Part shown: positions 17,665 to 26,966 of the stretch, one piece after another
Numbering within the stretch: the stretch's first letter is position 1
How the letters are laid out: every line of letters begins with the position of its first letter
IMG/VR virus record: IMGVR_UViG_3300026085_000116
Location: 1 to 43,894 of that record
Source: a virus
Lineage: Duplodnaviria > Caudoviricetes
Length of the DNA stretch: 43,894 bases
Reading direction: 5' to 3' (one strand)
Made by a program: the position numbers and the translations under genes
Notes under the pieces: generated by a model
Told to the model about the DNA's origin: nothing
Database searches by the model: none
The model's input: the letters and a program-made list of their open reading frames with translations, nothing else

Positions 17665-18233
17665 TACTCAGCCGCCTTAAGTATTACTGATAACTCGTCG
17701 TACATCTTTTTAGCATAAGGTTGAGCCGCTTTAGTAACACCTTTACTAAATTCTTCAAAGTTTCCGTCAATAACTGCTTGACGCATTTTACTTGCACTCA
17801 TTCCTGTTGCATCGTCGGCATCAGGATTTCGAGATAATCTTTGAAATTTAATTTCTTCAAATTCAAAAAATCCGTGTGCAGAGTTTACACCGTTATATTT
17901 TTCTAATAGTTTTCCTAATTTATCTTCACCTTCAAAAAAAGTTACACTTCTATAACCTCTATTGTATAAATCGTTTGCGGCAAACATAATGTTTTTTGCA
18001 AGTTCTATTTTAATATCTGGAAAACTTTTTCTTGCCCAATCTAATTTTTCTTTTGGACTTAAAGGATCTGTAGGAAGTTTTGCTGGACGTTCTGTTAAAA
18101 AAAGAATTGCATCTCCTGGACCTTGTTTTACTGCTTCAACAAGTAAACCGTGTCCTGTGGTAGCAGGATTTAGTCTGCCTAAAGCAAAACTAACATCACG
18201 ACCTGGCCCTTCGAACAATTCTCTTAAAAACAT
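17664..18233 (-). CDS. Cytidyltransferase-like (HxGH) nucleotidyltransferase
   Basis: GRLNPATTGH and MSASKMR motifs; N-terminus MFLRELFE. Confidence 0.75.
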   Translation of the reverse strand: MFLRELFEGPGRDVSFALGRLNPATTGHGLLVEAVKQGPGDAILFLTERPAKLPTDPLSPKEKLDWARKSFPDIKIELAKNIMFAANDLYNRGYRSVTFFEGEDKLGKLLEKYNGVNSAHGFFEFEEIKFQRLSRNPDADDATGMSASKMRQAVIDGNFEEFSKGVTKAAQPYAKKMYDELSVILKAAE

Positions 18234-18562
18234 TAGTACTCGCCTTCTTTAAATGCGTTTACCTCTTGCTCATAAATTTGATTTGCAAGTGCTTTTCTTT
18301 CATCCATAGTAATTAAATCGTTTGGATCTTGAGGAAGATCATATTTTTTAACATAATGATCAACTCCTTTGTTAATCATTGGCAATATAAGTTCCATTGA
18401 TTTATCTTTGTCACCTGTATTATAACATTCTTGACACTTTGCCATTGTAGGATAATACATTTGTCTATAGAAAGAAGTATCGTCTCTCATATGGCAAAGC
18501 AAATCACTTGGTACATCATATGACGGGTTATCATTATCTGTCATTATATCATCAAATTTCAT
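18233..18562 (-). CDS. Hypothetical protein
   Basis: 109-aa ORF coupled to the next gene. Confidence 0.6.
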   Translation of the reverse strand: MKFDDIMTDNDNPSYDVPSDLLCHMRDDTSFYRQMYYPTMAKCQECYNTGDKDKSMELILPMINKGVDHYVKKYDLPQDPNDLITMDERKALANQIYEQEVNAFKEGEY

Positions 18563-18568
18563 ATCTGT

Positions 18569-18943
18569 CTACCACTTTCTGCAGGACCAATATCTTGCTT
18601 TTGTTCTTGGGCCTGGATTATCACAATTATGTCTTGCACGGAAACTTCTTCTACGTGCTGGATTTGATTTTTTAATTTTCATATTAGGATCACCGAAGTT
18701 AACTTTTTTAACATTCTTAGTTTTGGGATCTTTAACGTATACTTTAAACTTTTTGACGTCGCCACGCATTGGTTTGCCTAACGATACTTTACGTCCTTGA
18801 TACTCTGCTTCGTCTATAATTTCGTCTTCGTTAAACCAAAGATCGCCATAGGCGTGATAAAAGTCGTCACCGTCGTAAGTTTCTTCTATCCACTGGCTTT
18901 TTTCTTCAGTTTCATTGAGATAATCTCTAAATTTCTTAGTCAT
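18569..18943 (-). CDS. Basic phage protein, putative internal head protein
   Basis: EAEYQGRKV..KKVNFGD..RRRSFRARHNC..ARYWSC; N-terminus MTKKFRDYLNE; late promoter at 18974-18981. Confidence 0.65.
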   Translation of the reverse strand: MTKKFRDYLNETEEKSQWIEETYDGDDFYHAYGDLWFNEDEIIDEAEYQGRKVSLGKPMRGDVKKFKVYVKDPKTKNVKKVNFGDPNMKIKKSNPARRRSFRARHNCDNPGPRTKARYWSCRKW

Positions 18944-18990
18944 GTGAATAACCCTTTATATTGCAATATAAAGTATTTATCACAGTTTGC

Positions 18991-19260
18991 TTATACAGAG
19001 ATTTCGATATCGAACTTGGAAAACCCTAAATCAAACAGTCTATTTGCTATTCTTTCAGCAACAGCGTTAGATTCTGCTTCATCTAACTGTTTGTGGGTAT
19101 CAATAGTAAGGACAGTTTCACCCTTATCAGATTCATATACTTCGTATAGTGCTTCTGATTCTGTTAGTGCTTCGTCTGTGCAGTTTAACACTTGTTCAGC
19201 AACAATAGAATCAACATCTTCTTGCTTTCCTTGCCATACAATATTAATAAAATTACTCAT
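18991..19260 (-). CDS. Acidic hypothetical protein
   Basis: 89-aa ORF with AGGAG RBS. Confidence 0.6.
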   Translation of the reverse strand: MSNFINIVWQGKQEDVDSIVAEQVLNCTDEALTESEALYEVYESDKGETVLTIDTHKQLDEAESNAVAERIANRLFDLGFSKFDIEISV

Positions 19261-19268
19261 AATATCTC

Positions 19269-19610
19269 CTAATGGTTTAATAAGATGCTGTTAATAGTAC
19301 CATCTGTGTAAACTACTTTTGCTCTAACCCATACAAAGTTACCAGTGAAATTAGCATATTTGCTATCAGTTTCTTGTGCGGCAGTATACGAATGCACTTC
19401 AAACCAATCTGCATCAGCAGGTGCAGTTGCCAGCGTTCCTTCTATACTAATTGTACCAGTTAAACCATTATAACTGTATTGTACTGTATGAACACCGTCT
19501 GCTCTACTGTAGTATCCGTCACCCTTAAACTTTTCACCCGTGATAGTTTCTACTGAACTATCTCCAGGATGGGTATTTGCTGATAAAATTATTTCACTAT
19601 TACTTGGCAT
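19269..19610 (-). CDS. Beta-rich hypothetical protein, possibly virion-associated
   Basis: 113-aa ORF; late promoter 5 nt upstream of the ATG. Confidence 0.6.
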   Translation of the reverse strand: MPSNSEIILSANTHPGDSSVETITGEKFKGDGYYSRADGVHTVQYSYNGLTGTISIEGTLATAPADADWFEVHSYTAAQETDSKYANFTGNFVWVRAKVVYTDGTINSILLNH

Positions 19611-19628
19611 ACAACTATTTATCTAAAT

Positions 19629-21878
19629 CTATGCTGTAACAGTTTCTGCTTTTTTTGTAGGTACTAATTGTATTTGTTTATCTTTTACATCGATATGTAA
19701 ATGTCCACCGTTTTTAAGTTCTCCAAACAGTAGAATCTTACTTAAATCACGTTTGATTTCTTTATCGATTGTACGTTGTAATGGTCTTGCACCCATCTTT
19801 TTGTCAAATCCAACATCAACAAGATAGTCGATAGTATCATCTGTAATATCAACAGTAACATTCTTTTCTGTAAGCATATCACGTAATTCAACAAGGAACT
19901 TACCAACAATTTTAATCATTGTATTCTTCTCAAGTTTACCAAACGCAATTACACCATCAAGTCTGTTACGGAACTCTGGTGCAAAGAACTTTTTAAGTTC
20001 AGTATCTTCATACTCTACTTCTAAATCTTCGTTGAAGCCGATAGCGTTTTTCTCTGCTTGTTCTGCACCTAAGTTTGTAGTAAGGATTAAAACACAGTTT
20101 TTCGCATCGGCTTCTTTACCGTTGCTTCCAGTAATTTTTCCATTGTCCATAATTTGTAATAAAATTTGTGAAACATCTGGGTGTGCCTTTTCTACTTCAT
20201 CAAGTAGTAATACACAATTAGGATGCTCTTGTAATTTTGTAATTAATAATCCTGCATTTTCTTCATATCCAACATATCCTGGAGGAGAACCAATTAGTTT
20301 TGCTACTGCGTGTTTTTCTTGATATTCACTCATATCAAAACGTACAAGTTCTACACTTAATTCTCTTGCAAGTTGTTTTGCAGTTTCAGTTTTACCAACA
20401 CCAGTTGGACCCATAAACACAAAACTACCAATTGGTTTATTATCTGGTTTAAGTCCTGCTTGAGCAACAAGAATTTTATCAACGATTTCATCAATTGCTT
20501 TATCTTGTCCATATACCTGCTTCTTAAGATTATCTTCAAGATGTGCAAGGTTGCTCGATTCTTTTTGTGATACTTGTTCTGGCGGCAACTTAACTGCTTT
20601 TGCAAGTTCAAACTCAATTTCTTCTTTGCCTACAATTTTATCACCTTCAACTCTTTTTAAATTAAATCTTGAACAAGCAAGATCAATTAAATCAATTGCT
20701 TTATCAGGAAGTTTTTTATCAGTCATATATTTTACACTGAGTTTAATTGAAGTATCAATTGCTTCTTCGGTGATAATTGTATTATGAAACTCTTCGTAAT
20801 ATTTTTTAATACCTTCTAAAATTGATTTAGTTGTCTTTTTATCTGGTTCAGTAATATTAACACGTTGGAATCTACGCATCAAAGCACGATCCTTTTCAAA
20901 GTACTTGCGATATTCTTCCCAAGTAGTTGAAGCAACTACTTTAATATCACCCTTACCAAGAGCAGGTTTAAGCATATTAGCAAGATCGTTTGATCCACTA
21001 CCACCTGCGGCGCCGGCACCGTTTATCATATGTGCTTCGTCAATGAACACAATAGTCTTACCTTGTTTTTTAATTGCATTCATTACAAGTTTAAATCGTT
21101 CTTCAAAGTCACCTCTATATTTTGAACCCGCTAACATTGAACTAATGTCTAAGTTATAAACTTTGTACTCTTGTAAAAATTCTGGTACTGCTTTGTTTAC
21201 AATATTCCAAGCAAGTCCTTCTGCAATAGCAGTTTTACCTACACCCGGATCACCTACAAGCAAAACATTATTCTTTGAGCGTCTACCTAATGCAAGAGCA
21301 ATACTTTCTAATTCCTCATGACGGCCAATTACAGGATCAATCTTATTTTTTTCAACTTCTTTGTTTAAGTCTGTTGAAAAATCACGGAGTGCTTTTTGTG
21401 AAAGAGAACGCATTTCTTCATCTTCATAAACTGCTTCTAATTCGTTATTAAGATAATCAGCAAACTGTTCTTTAGTTAATCCTGATTTTTGAATATGATA
21501 ATAAGACCAAGATTTCTTTTCATTCATAATACTTAAAAATACATCAGTAATTTCAATGTTATGACGTCCACTAAAAAGTACCTGTGTAAATGCTCTATTT
21601 AAAACACGTTCAACAGTTGATGTTTTTTTAGGTTTAAATTTTTTAGCATTTTCTGCAGGTAATGTAATTTCTTCGCACTCGTTTTTTAGATAGTTTTCAA
21701 TATTCTTTTTAATAAATTCTGGATCAGCACCAGAACCTTCAACAATTTTAGAAAACTTTTCGCTACATAACATTGCAAATAATAAATGCTCAAGAGTCAC
21801 ATATTCGTGATTCAACTTTTTAGCATCGTTCATTGCTTTATCAAAAACTGCCTGCAAATCGTCACTTGGTTCAACCAT
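19629..21878 (-). CDS. clpA: ATP-dependent Clp protease ATP-binding subunit ClpA
   Basis: Clp N-domain (HEYVTLEHLL), two AAA+ modules (GDPGVGKT/FIDEAH and GPTGVGKT/LLDEVEKAH), IGF ClpP-docking loop, and no ClpB middle domain. Confidence 0.93.
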   Translation of the reverse strand: MVEPSDDLQAVFDKAMNDAKKLNHEYVTLEHLLFAMLCSEKFSKIVEGSGADPEFIKKNIENYLKNECEEITLPAENAKKFKPKKTSTVERVLNRAFTQVLFSGRHNIEITDVFLSIMNEKKSWSYYHIQKSGLTKEQFADYLNNELEAVYEDEEMRSLSQKALRDFSTDLNKEVEKNKIDPVIGRHEELESIALALGRRSKNNVLLVGDPGVGKTAIAEGLAWNIVNKAVPEFLQEYKVYNLDISSMLAGSKYRGDFEERFKLVMNAIKKQGKTIVFIDEAHMINGAGAAGGSGSNDLANMLKPALGKGDIKVVASTTWEEYRKYFEKDRALMRRFQRVNITEPDKKTTKSILEGIKKYYEEFHNTIITEEAIDTSIKLSVKYMTDKKLPDKAIDLIDLACSRFNLKRVEGDKIVGKEEIEFELAKAVKLPPEQVSQKESSNLAHLEDNLKKQVYGQDKAIDEIVDKILVAQAGLKPDNKPIGSFVFMGPTGVGKTETAKQLARELSVELVRFDMSEYQEKHAVAKLIGSPPGYVGYEENAGLLITKLQEHPNCVLLLDEVEKAHPDVSQILLQIMDNGKITGSNGKEADAKNCVLILTTNLGAEQAEKNAIGFNEDLEVEYEDTELKKFFAPEFRNRLDGVIAFGKLEKNTMIKIVGKFLVELRDMLTEKNVTVDITDDTIDYLVDVGFDKKMGARPLQRTIDKEIKRDLSKILLFGELKNGGHLHIDVKDKQIQLVPTKKAETVTA

Positions 21879-22398
21879 ATTTTATCATTCCTTTAATTCT
21901 TTTAAAATACTTTTCTTGCTTTTTCTTTGCCATATCTATTTTCATTTTACTTACACGATCGATATAGTTAATACCATGCAAGTGATCAAATTCGTGTTGA
22001 AATATTCTTGCGTTCCAACCTGTAAACTCTATTGTACATTCTTTTCCTGTAGAGTCAAGAAACTTTGCTACCAAAGCCTGGGCCCGTTTTACCTTAAAAA
22101 ACAATCCTGGAAAACTTAAACAACCTTCTTCACCTAATACAGTTTGTTCAGAAACTGCTTCAATTTTAGGATTAATAACAGCAAAACTTTTTCCATCCTT
22201 ATACCCTGGCAAATCTTTTGGCTCCATAACGAAAATTTGTGCATCTAAATCAACTTGATTTGCACTTAAACCAACACCATGTTCTTTAGTCATGATATCG
22301 ATCATTTCTTTTTCAATTTCTTTTGCGTCTAACTTATCAAAGTCAAATGTTTGTACTTGCTTTAATAAGGCAGGGTGCGGATGATATACTAATTTCAT
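21871..22398 (-). CDS. def: Peptide deformylase
   Basis: GVGLSANQ, EGCLS, QHEFDH. Confidence 0.95.
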   Translation of the reverse strand: MKLVYHPHPALLKQVQTFDFDKLDAKEIEKEMIDIMTKEHGVGLSANQVDLDAQIFVMEPKDLPGYKDGKSFAVINPKIEAVSEQTVLGEEGCLSFPGLFFKVKRAQALVAKFLDSTGKECTIEFTGWNARIFQHEFDHLHGINYIDRVSKMKIDMAKKKQEKYFKRIKGMIKYG

Positions 22399-23240
22399 TC
22401 GTTAATCTTTCTTATTAATTCGTATTGTTCTTCAGTAAGGTTCTTTGGAATAACACCATTTACTTTTAAGTAAACGTTTCCGGAAGCGCCTGAATTGTAG
22501 TCGGGTAAGCCTTGTCCGTGAATGCTTAAAACAGTGCCTGGTTGTGTGCCTCTTGGTATGTTAATACTTATAGTCTTACCTGAAGGTAATGTTAAATTTG
22601 TGGTAGTTCCAAGTATCATCTCAAAGATATCAATTTTAGTAACAGTGTGTAGATTTAAGCCGTCTACATCATAATTTGGATCACGTTTTATTCTTACTTT
22701 TACATTAAGATTACCTCTTGGTATGTTAGGAATACTATCATCACCTAATCCGCCATAACGAATAGTATCTCCATGTCTTGCACCTTTTGGAATATCAATA
22801 TTTACAGTTTGCTCTTTACCACTATTAGTTCTAAATGTAGCAATAACACCTTTACCTGTGTACACTTCGCCCACTGTAATATCACAAGCAATAGTAATGT
22901 CTCTATTTTGTTGCGGCCTTCTTTGTTGTTGAAATCCTCTACCAAAAAATGTAGAGAATAAATCATTCATGTCACCATTGAACTCAAAGTTTCCTGGACC
23001 AAAACCTCCAAAACCTTGTTGTTGGAAGCCTGCTTGTTGAGGGTCAGCAGTTCCAAACTGATCATACATTTGTTTCTTTTGGGGATCTGTTAATGTTTGA
23101 TATGCTTCATTAAGTTCTGTAAACTTTTTATGATCTCCACCTTTGTCAGGATGGTGCTTCGCCGCCAATTTGCGGAAAGCAGTTTTAATATCTTTTTCTG
23201 AAGCGTCGCGAGAAACGCCTAACAAATCATAATAATCCAT
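22395..23240 (-). CDS. dnaJ: DnaJ/CbpA-type co-chaperone (no zinc finger)
   Basis: J domain with HPD, G/F-rich linker and C-terminal substrate-binding domain. Confidence 0.92.
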   Translation of the reverse strand: MDYYDLLGVSRDASEKDIKTAFRKLAAKHHPDKGGDHKKFTELNEAYQTLTDPQKKQMYDQFGTADPQQAGFQQQGFGGFGPGNFEFNGDMNDLFSTFFGRGFQQQRRPQQNRDITIACDITVGEVYTGKGVIATFRTNSGKEQTVNIDIPKGARHGDTIRYGGLGDDSIPNIPRGNLNVKVRIKRDPNYDVDGLNLHTVTKIDIFEMILGTTTNLTLPSGKTISINIPRGTQPGTVLSIHGQGLPDYNSGASGNVYLKVNGVIPKNLTEEQYELIRKINE

Positions 23241-23246
23241 AGCATT

Positions 23247-23275
23247 ATTATATACTTATATTAAGCGTTTGTCAA
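23247..23275 (-). promoter_or_regulatory. Perfect sigma70 consensus promoter; probable leaderless dnaJ mRNA
   Basis: TTGACA AACGCTTAATATAAGTA TATAAT AATGCT ATG. Confidence 0.8.
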
Positions 23276-23278
23276 TGA

Positions 23279-23608
23279 TTATTTGTCTGACTTCTTACTT
23301 GAACCTGTATAAAGACCAAACCAAGCCGCACCAGCACCAACTACAATACTAACCAAACCTGATTGTTCCATTGTTGGATTAGGTAAGTTCATATACCAAA
23401 CTACAACTTTATATAATAAAACAATGTATGTTGTAATGAATACTCTTGGAAAAATTCTCCAACTGTCAACTGCACGAGCCAAATGAATTAGTCTTGCATA
23501 AGGATTTGGACCTAAGTCTTTTGCACTTGTATCAACTTCTAATTCAACACTAACTTTTTTTGAAGCAGTATTTTTATCTGCAGGAACTACAATTTTATCT
23601 TCAGCCAT
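23279..23608 (-). CDS. Two-TM membrane protein, holin candidate
   Basis: WRIFPR followed by two TM segments; next to spanins and endolysin. Confidence 0.5.
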   Translation of the reverse strand: MAEDKIVVPADKNTASKKVSVELEVDTSAKDLGPNPYARLIHLARAVDSWRIFPRVFITTYIVLLYKVVVWYMNLPNPTMEQSGLVSIVVGAGAAWFGLYTGSSKKSDK

Positions 23609-23889
23609 TATTTTTTACCCTCTAATTTTTTGATACGAGATTCTAACTCGTCGATCTTCTTAGTAACGTGAGGATATTTTGTACGCCAAGCATTTGGATC
23701 ATTTTGAAACCAAGTCCAGCCCCAACGTAATGCAAGATATTCAAGAGTAGCATCAAACTTTCTTACTGCCCACATTGCCATTTTTGTATCTTTGAACCAA
23801 AACAAAAATGCGGCGCCAAATAAAGAACCTGCTAAGGCTGTGTAAATCCACAGTCTGTCAGTTGCCATTCTTTCAATCATTTCCCACAT
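23608..23889 (-). CDS. Single-TM membrane protein
   Basis: N-terminal TM segment, C-terminal coiled coil; late promoter at 23914-23921. Confidence 0.55.
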   Translation of the reverse strand: MWEMIERMATDRLWIYTALAGSLFGAAFLFWFKDTKMAMWAVRKFDATLEYLALRWGWTWFQNDPNAWRTKYPHVTKKIDELESRIKKLEGKK

Positions 23890-23929
23890 ATACTTCCCTC
23901 TTTGTTATATATGTATTTATCGATGATTA

Positions 23930-24112
23930 TTAAAATGAGCAGGCTACTTCGCCCTTTCCAACGACATTATCGCGGTTAATTGTTTTTAAATCTTGGGGGA
24001 GATCTTTGACTTCTACTGAGGGTTTAAGTTCACAGTTTTTAGTAGCAGAACAACTACTTAGACTCAGTGCTATTAGTACTATTATCGCCTTCGTAATACT
24101 CTTTATATGCAT
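23930..24112 (-). CDS. Small putative lipoprotein
   Basis: Signal peptide ending in LSSC. Confidence 0.45.
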   Translation of the reverse strand: MHIKSITKAIIVLIALSLSSCSATKNCELKPSVEVKDLPQDLKTINRDNVVGKGEVACSF

Positions 24113-24434
24113 CTATAACCTGTCTTTGTTTGATCATGTATGCACGAATTTGGTTAAAATTTTTAGAAAGTAGTTGGTAGTCATCATCACTTAAACCAAA
24201 TAATACAGGATCCTTACCTTGTTCTTTTAGTTTAGCAAATACTTCTTCAGCGTTTTCTGAAGTAATAATTACCCATTTGATTTTTTCCATCTTAGCCGCT
24301 TCTGGATGTGGCAAGTTAAGAGGAGCACGTTTTACTTCAGTTTTAAAAATATCAAGTTTTTGTACACTTGAACAACCAGTTAGTGCAAGTGCTAACAATG
24401 ATACTATGAATATATGTTTAATTGTATTAGTCAT
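24054..24434 (-). CDS. Outer-membrane spanin (Rz1-like lipoprotein)
   Basis: Lipobox LTGC, Pro-rich segment, overlaps the 3' end of the i-spanin. Confidence 0.7.
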   Translation of the reverse strand: MTNTIKHIFIVSLLALALTGCSSVQKLDIFKTEVKRAPLNLPHPEAAKMEKIKWVIITSENAEEVFAKLKEQGKDPVLFGLSDDDYQLLSKNFNQIRAYMIKQRQVIDAYKEYYEGDNSTNSTESK

Positions 24435-24915
24435 AAGGTACATATTTTGGATTTGCTATACTCGGACATTCAGAATTAATTTCTGATTTCTTAGTAGCGT
24501 TCTTTTCTTTTTCAGTTAAAGGAGCACCCATAGCAATTTCTGCACAACGCATTGCTTTGTCACTCGCATTATTAATAACACGTTCAACTAATTTATCTTT
24601 TTCAACAGCAAGTTTACCAACATCTCGAACCTCGCCCTTACCGTTAATTTTGTTAAAGCGTTGGTCAAGATCTGCAAATTCTTTTCTTAACTGTTTATTT
24701 GTTTCTTCGAGTGCTTTATTTGTGGCTAATATAGCAGTAAAATCTTTTTGCTGTTGTTCTATAACTGCTTTTTGATCTGCTACACTTTCTTGTAGTTTAG
24801 CATTGTTGGCTTCACTGATAGCAAGATCACTTTTAAGTGTTTTTACATACATAAATCCGCCGCCAGCACCTGCTAACATAACTAATACTAACGCAATTTT
24901 AATTGAACTAAACAT
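24427..24915 (-). CDS. Inner-membrane spanin (Rz-like)
   Basis: N-terminal TM segment, long coiled coil, two C-terminal Cys. Confidence 0.7.
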   Translation of the reverse strand: MFSSIKIALVLVMLAGAGGGFMYVKTLKSDLAISEANNAKLQESVADQKAVIEQQQKDFTAILATNKALEETNKQLRKEFADLDQRFNKINGKGEVRDVGKLAVEKDKLVERVINNASDKAMRCAEIAMGAPLTEKEKNATKKSEINSECPSIANPKYVPYD

Positions 24916-25074
24916 TTATCGTCCTTGTTTACAAACTTCAATAGTAATGGTCTTGCCGTCTCCGTCTATCATATCTTTGAAAAGAGGTCCTTCGTGATAT
25001 TCGTGTCCGCAGTTTTGACAACTTACGCCATTGCTTTGGCTGAGGCTGTCGTGCTGTTTACTCTGCTTGTCCAT
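24916..25074 (-). CDS. 52-aa putative zinc-binding protein
   Basis: MDKQSKQHDSLSQSNGVSCQNCGHEYHEGPLFKDMIDGDGKTITIEVCKQGR; its stop directly abuts the i-spanin ATG. Confidence 0.55.
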   Translation of the reverse strand: MDKQSKQHDSLSQSNGVSCQNCGHEYHEGPLFKDMIDGDGKTITIEVCKQGR

Positions 25075-25547
25075 CCGTTTCCAAATGTTTTAAATGTTGC
25101 AAGTGATTCGTAAAAGTCTTGACGAATTTTTTGATATTCTTCGATTGCTTTAGTGATACCGTTTGCTTCAACGTATCCGTTTGCTTTTGCAATAGTGTTT
25201 GGACCAATCCAACCGTCGATTTTTGAACCAACCATTTGTTGTAACATTTTAGTTGCTCTATGACGACCACCATTTACGCACATATCAAATACACATAAAT
25301 CTAAACCTTTAGGTAGATCATCAGCAAGAATTCCATTCCAGTAATTCTTTTTATAAATTGGTGTTACATCTGATTCTGTAAGATTTTGAATTACTTCTTT
25401 AGTAACTACTTTATTCATCCAGTCTTCGTAAGTTTGTCTTGTGATACCCATATTAGTAGCACCACCTGGATCGCTTGGATGATCAACGTATCCACCTTCG
25501 TGCTCTAAAATAATTTTTAAACATTCTTTAAAATTGTCTTTTGCCAT
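25023..25547 (-). CDS. Endolysin, glycoside hydrolase family 108 with peptidoglycan-binding domain
   Basis: HEGGYVDHPSDPGGATNMGIT, YKKNYW, FD..VN.G, DGWIGP.T, F.NGW..R. Confidence 0.92.
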   Translation of the reverse strand: MAKDNFKECLKIILEHEGGYVDHPSDPGGATNMGITRQTYEDWMNKVVTKEVIQNLTESDVTPIYKKNYWNGILADDLPKGLDLCVFDMCVNGGRHRATKMLQQMVGSKIDGWIGPNTIAKANGYVEANGITKAIEEYQKIRQDFYESLATFKTFGNGWTSRVNSTTASAKAMA

Positions 25548-25550
25548 TTT

Positions 25551-26261
25551 TTAACCTCTTTTCAAAATTAAACTGTAACCATCATTTTCAAGTACAAGTT
25601 TTTTACCATATTTTGTAATATTGTAATCACCTAAGTACTTACTCAAATAAATGACTTCAGCGAAACCATTAATATCTAATGCCTCGTTGATATTTACCTC
25701 ATCTGTTCGGGCAAATTCGATAACTTTGAATGTGATTGGATCCATAAAAGTATTTTTAATACGTAACGTATCTTCACTTAACATATCAACTTCTTCTGCA
25801 TAACTTTTATTAAAGAAGTTCTTATAGTTATCCATGTTATTTTCATTTACTCGAATATCGTAGGCGTCTTTATCTGTCGGCACCATTTCGGCCAAATTAG
25901 CATCTGTTGCTTCATGACTTCGAAAACTCTTATAGTACCTAAACTTCATTGCATCAATACCTGCAATTTTTTGAATACCATCTACCATTTCATAAATTTG
26001 TGCAGGTGAATCTTTTCCTCTTTCTATTTCTACAAATACTTTGTACATACCATCGGATTGTTCACCTGAAGTTGCATCAGCATCAAGAACAAAAGGATAA
26101 CCCTTTTCAAGAAAGTTCTCAAGATCTTTTGCACTGCCTTCATTTTTTGTTGAAAAACTCAAAACGACTATGTCGTTGTCACTACCCATTTTAGATTTAT
26201 AAGAATCGATTTCAAAAATATGATCCACTAAGTCTTTAAGATCGTCTTTTCTTAAACCCAT
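25551..26261 (-). CDS. Phage hypothetical protein
   Basis: 236-aa ORF (IDSYKSKMG..D motif), coupled to the upstream gene. Confidence 0.65.
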   Translation of the reverse strand: MGLRKDDLKDLVDHIFEIDSYKSKMGSDNDIVVLSFSTKNEGSAKDLENFLEKGYPFVLDADATSGEQSDGMYKVFVEIERGKDSPAQIYEMVDGIQKIAGIDAMKFRYYKSFRSHEATDANLAEMVPTDKDAYDIRVNENNMDNYKNFFNKSYAEEVDMLSEDTLRIKNTFMDPITFKVIEFARTDEVNINEALDINGFAEVIYLSKYLGDYNITKYGKKLVLENDGYSLILKRG

Positions 26262-26806
26262 TACATTGCTCCTTCTGGTGCTGGAGTTTCTGCACCTGCA
26301 CCTATACCTGCTTCAACACCACCTTCTGCTGGTTGTGCTTCAGGCGTTGGTGCTTGATCAGCGCCGGGTTCAGTTGTAAGGTCTAACATTTCATTGTAAC
26401 CACTATAAATGTCTACAATTAATTTTTTAGGCATCATTATTTCAACTACCCAAATTTCCTTACGATCTAATTTTCCTTTTTTTGTTCCAGGACGTATATC
26501 GTCTGGAGTTTTAATCTTACGTGGTACTAAAATATAGTCTTTTTTGAATGTAACTTTACAGTCATAATCAAGTAATCTTTTACCGCCCATTGGATCAGGC
26601 ATTTTGTCGCGTGGCCACATAAATGAGCAAATTACCCAGTGTCTTTTAATATTAGGACCTGAAACTATTTCCCCATCTTCCCAGTTATCATATACATATA
26701 AATCCAGTTCATCAAGCACTCTTTCAAAGTCTTTTAGAACCGTAAATGCAGTATCGCTTTCGTATATGCCCTGTACGTTCTTGATTACTTCTAAAACATC
26801 TTTCAT
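26261..26806 (-). CDS. Phage hypothetical protein (late)
   Basis: DFERVLDELDLYVYDNW..MPDPMGG; late promoter at 26831-26838. Confidence 0.65.
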   Translation of the reverse strand: MKDVLEVIKNVQGIYESDTAFTVLKDFERVLDELDLYVYDNWEDGEIVSGPNIKRHWVICSFMWPRDKMPDPMGGKRLLDYDCKVTFKKDYILVPRKIKTPDDIRPGTKKGKLDRKEIWVVEIMMPKKLIVDIYSGYNEMLDLTTEPGADQAPTPEAQPAEGGVEAGIGAGAETPAPEGAM

Positions 26807-26902
26807 AATGAATATCCAATCTTATACACTTATTTATCCGGTTAGCATTTATAACAGTGTAGTTTTATCACGAGAGAATTGCACTAAATATTTGTGTAGG
26901 AG

Positions 26903-26932
26903 GCACTGCATAGTGTCATAACTATGTAGTGC
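26903..26932 (+). other. 12-bp stem-loop in the phoH leader
   Basis: GCACTGCATAGT-GTCATA-ACTATGTAGTGC (one G-U pair), downstream of CTAAATA at 26884-26890. Confidence 0.6.
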
Positions 26933-26966
26933 AGACTTACTTGTTTAATCCATAAAGGAGGACTGC

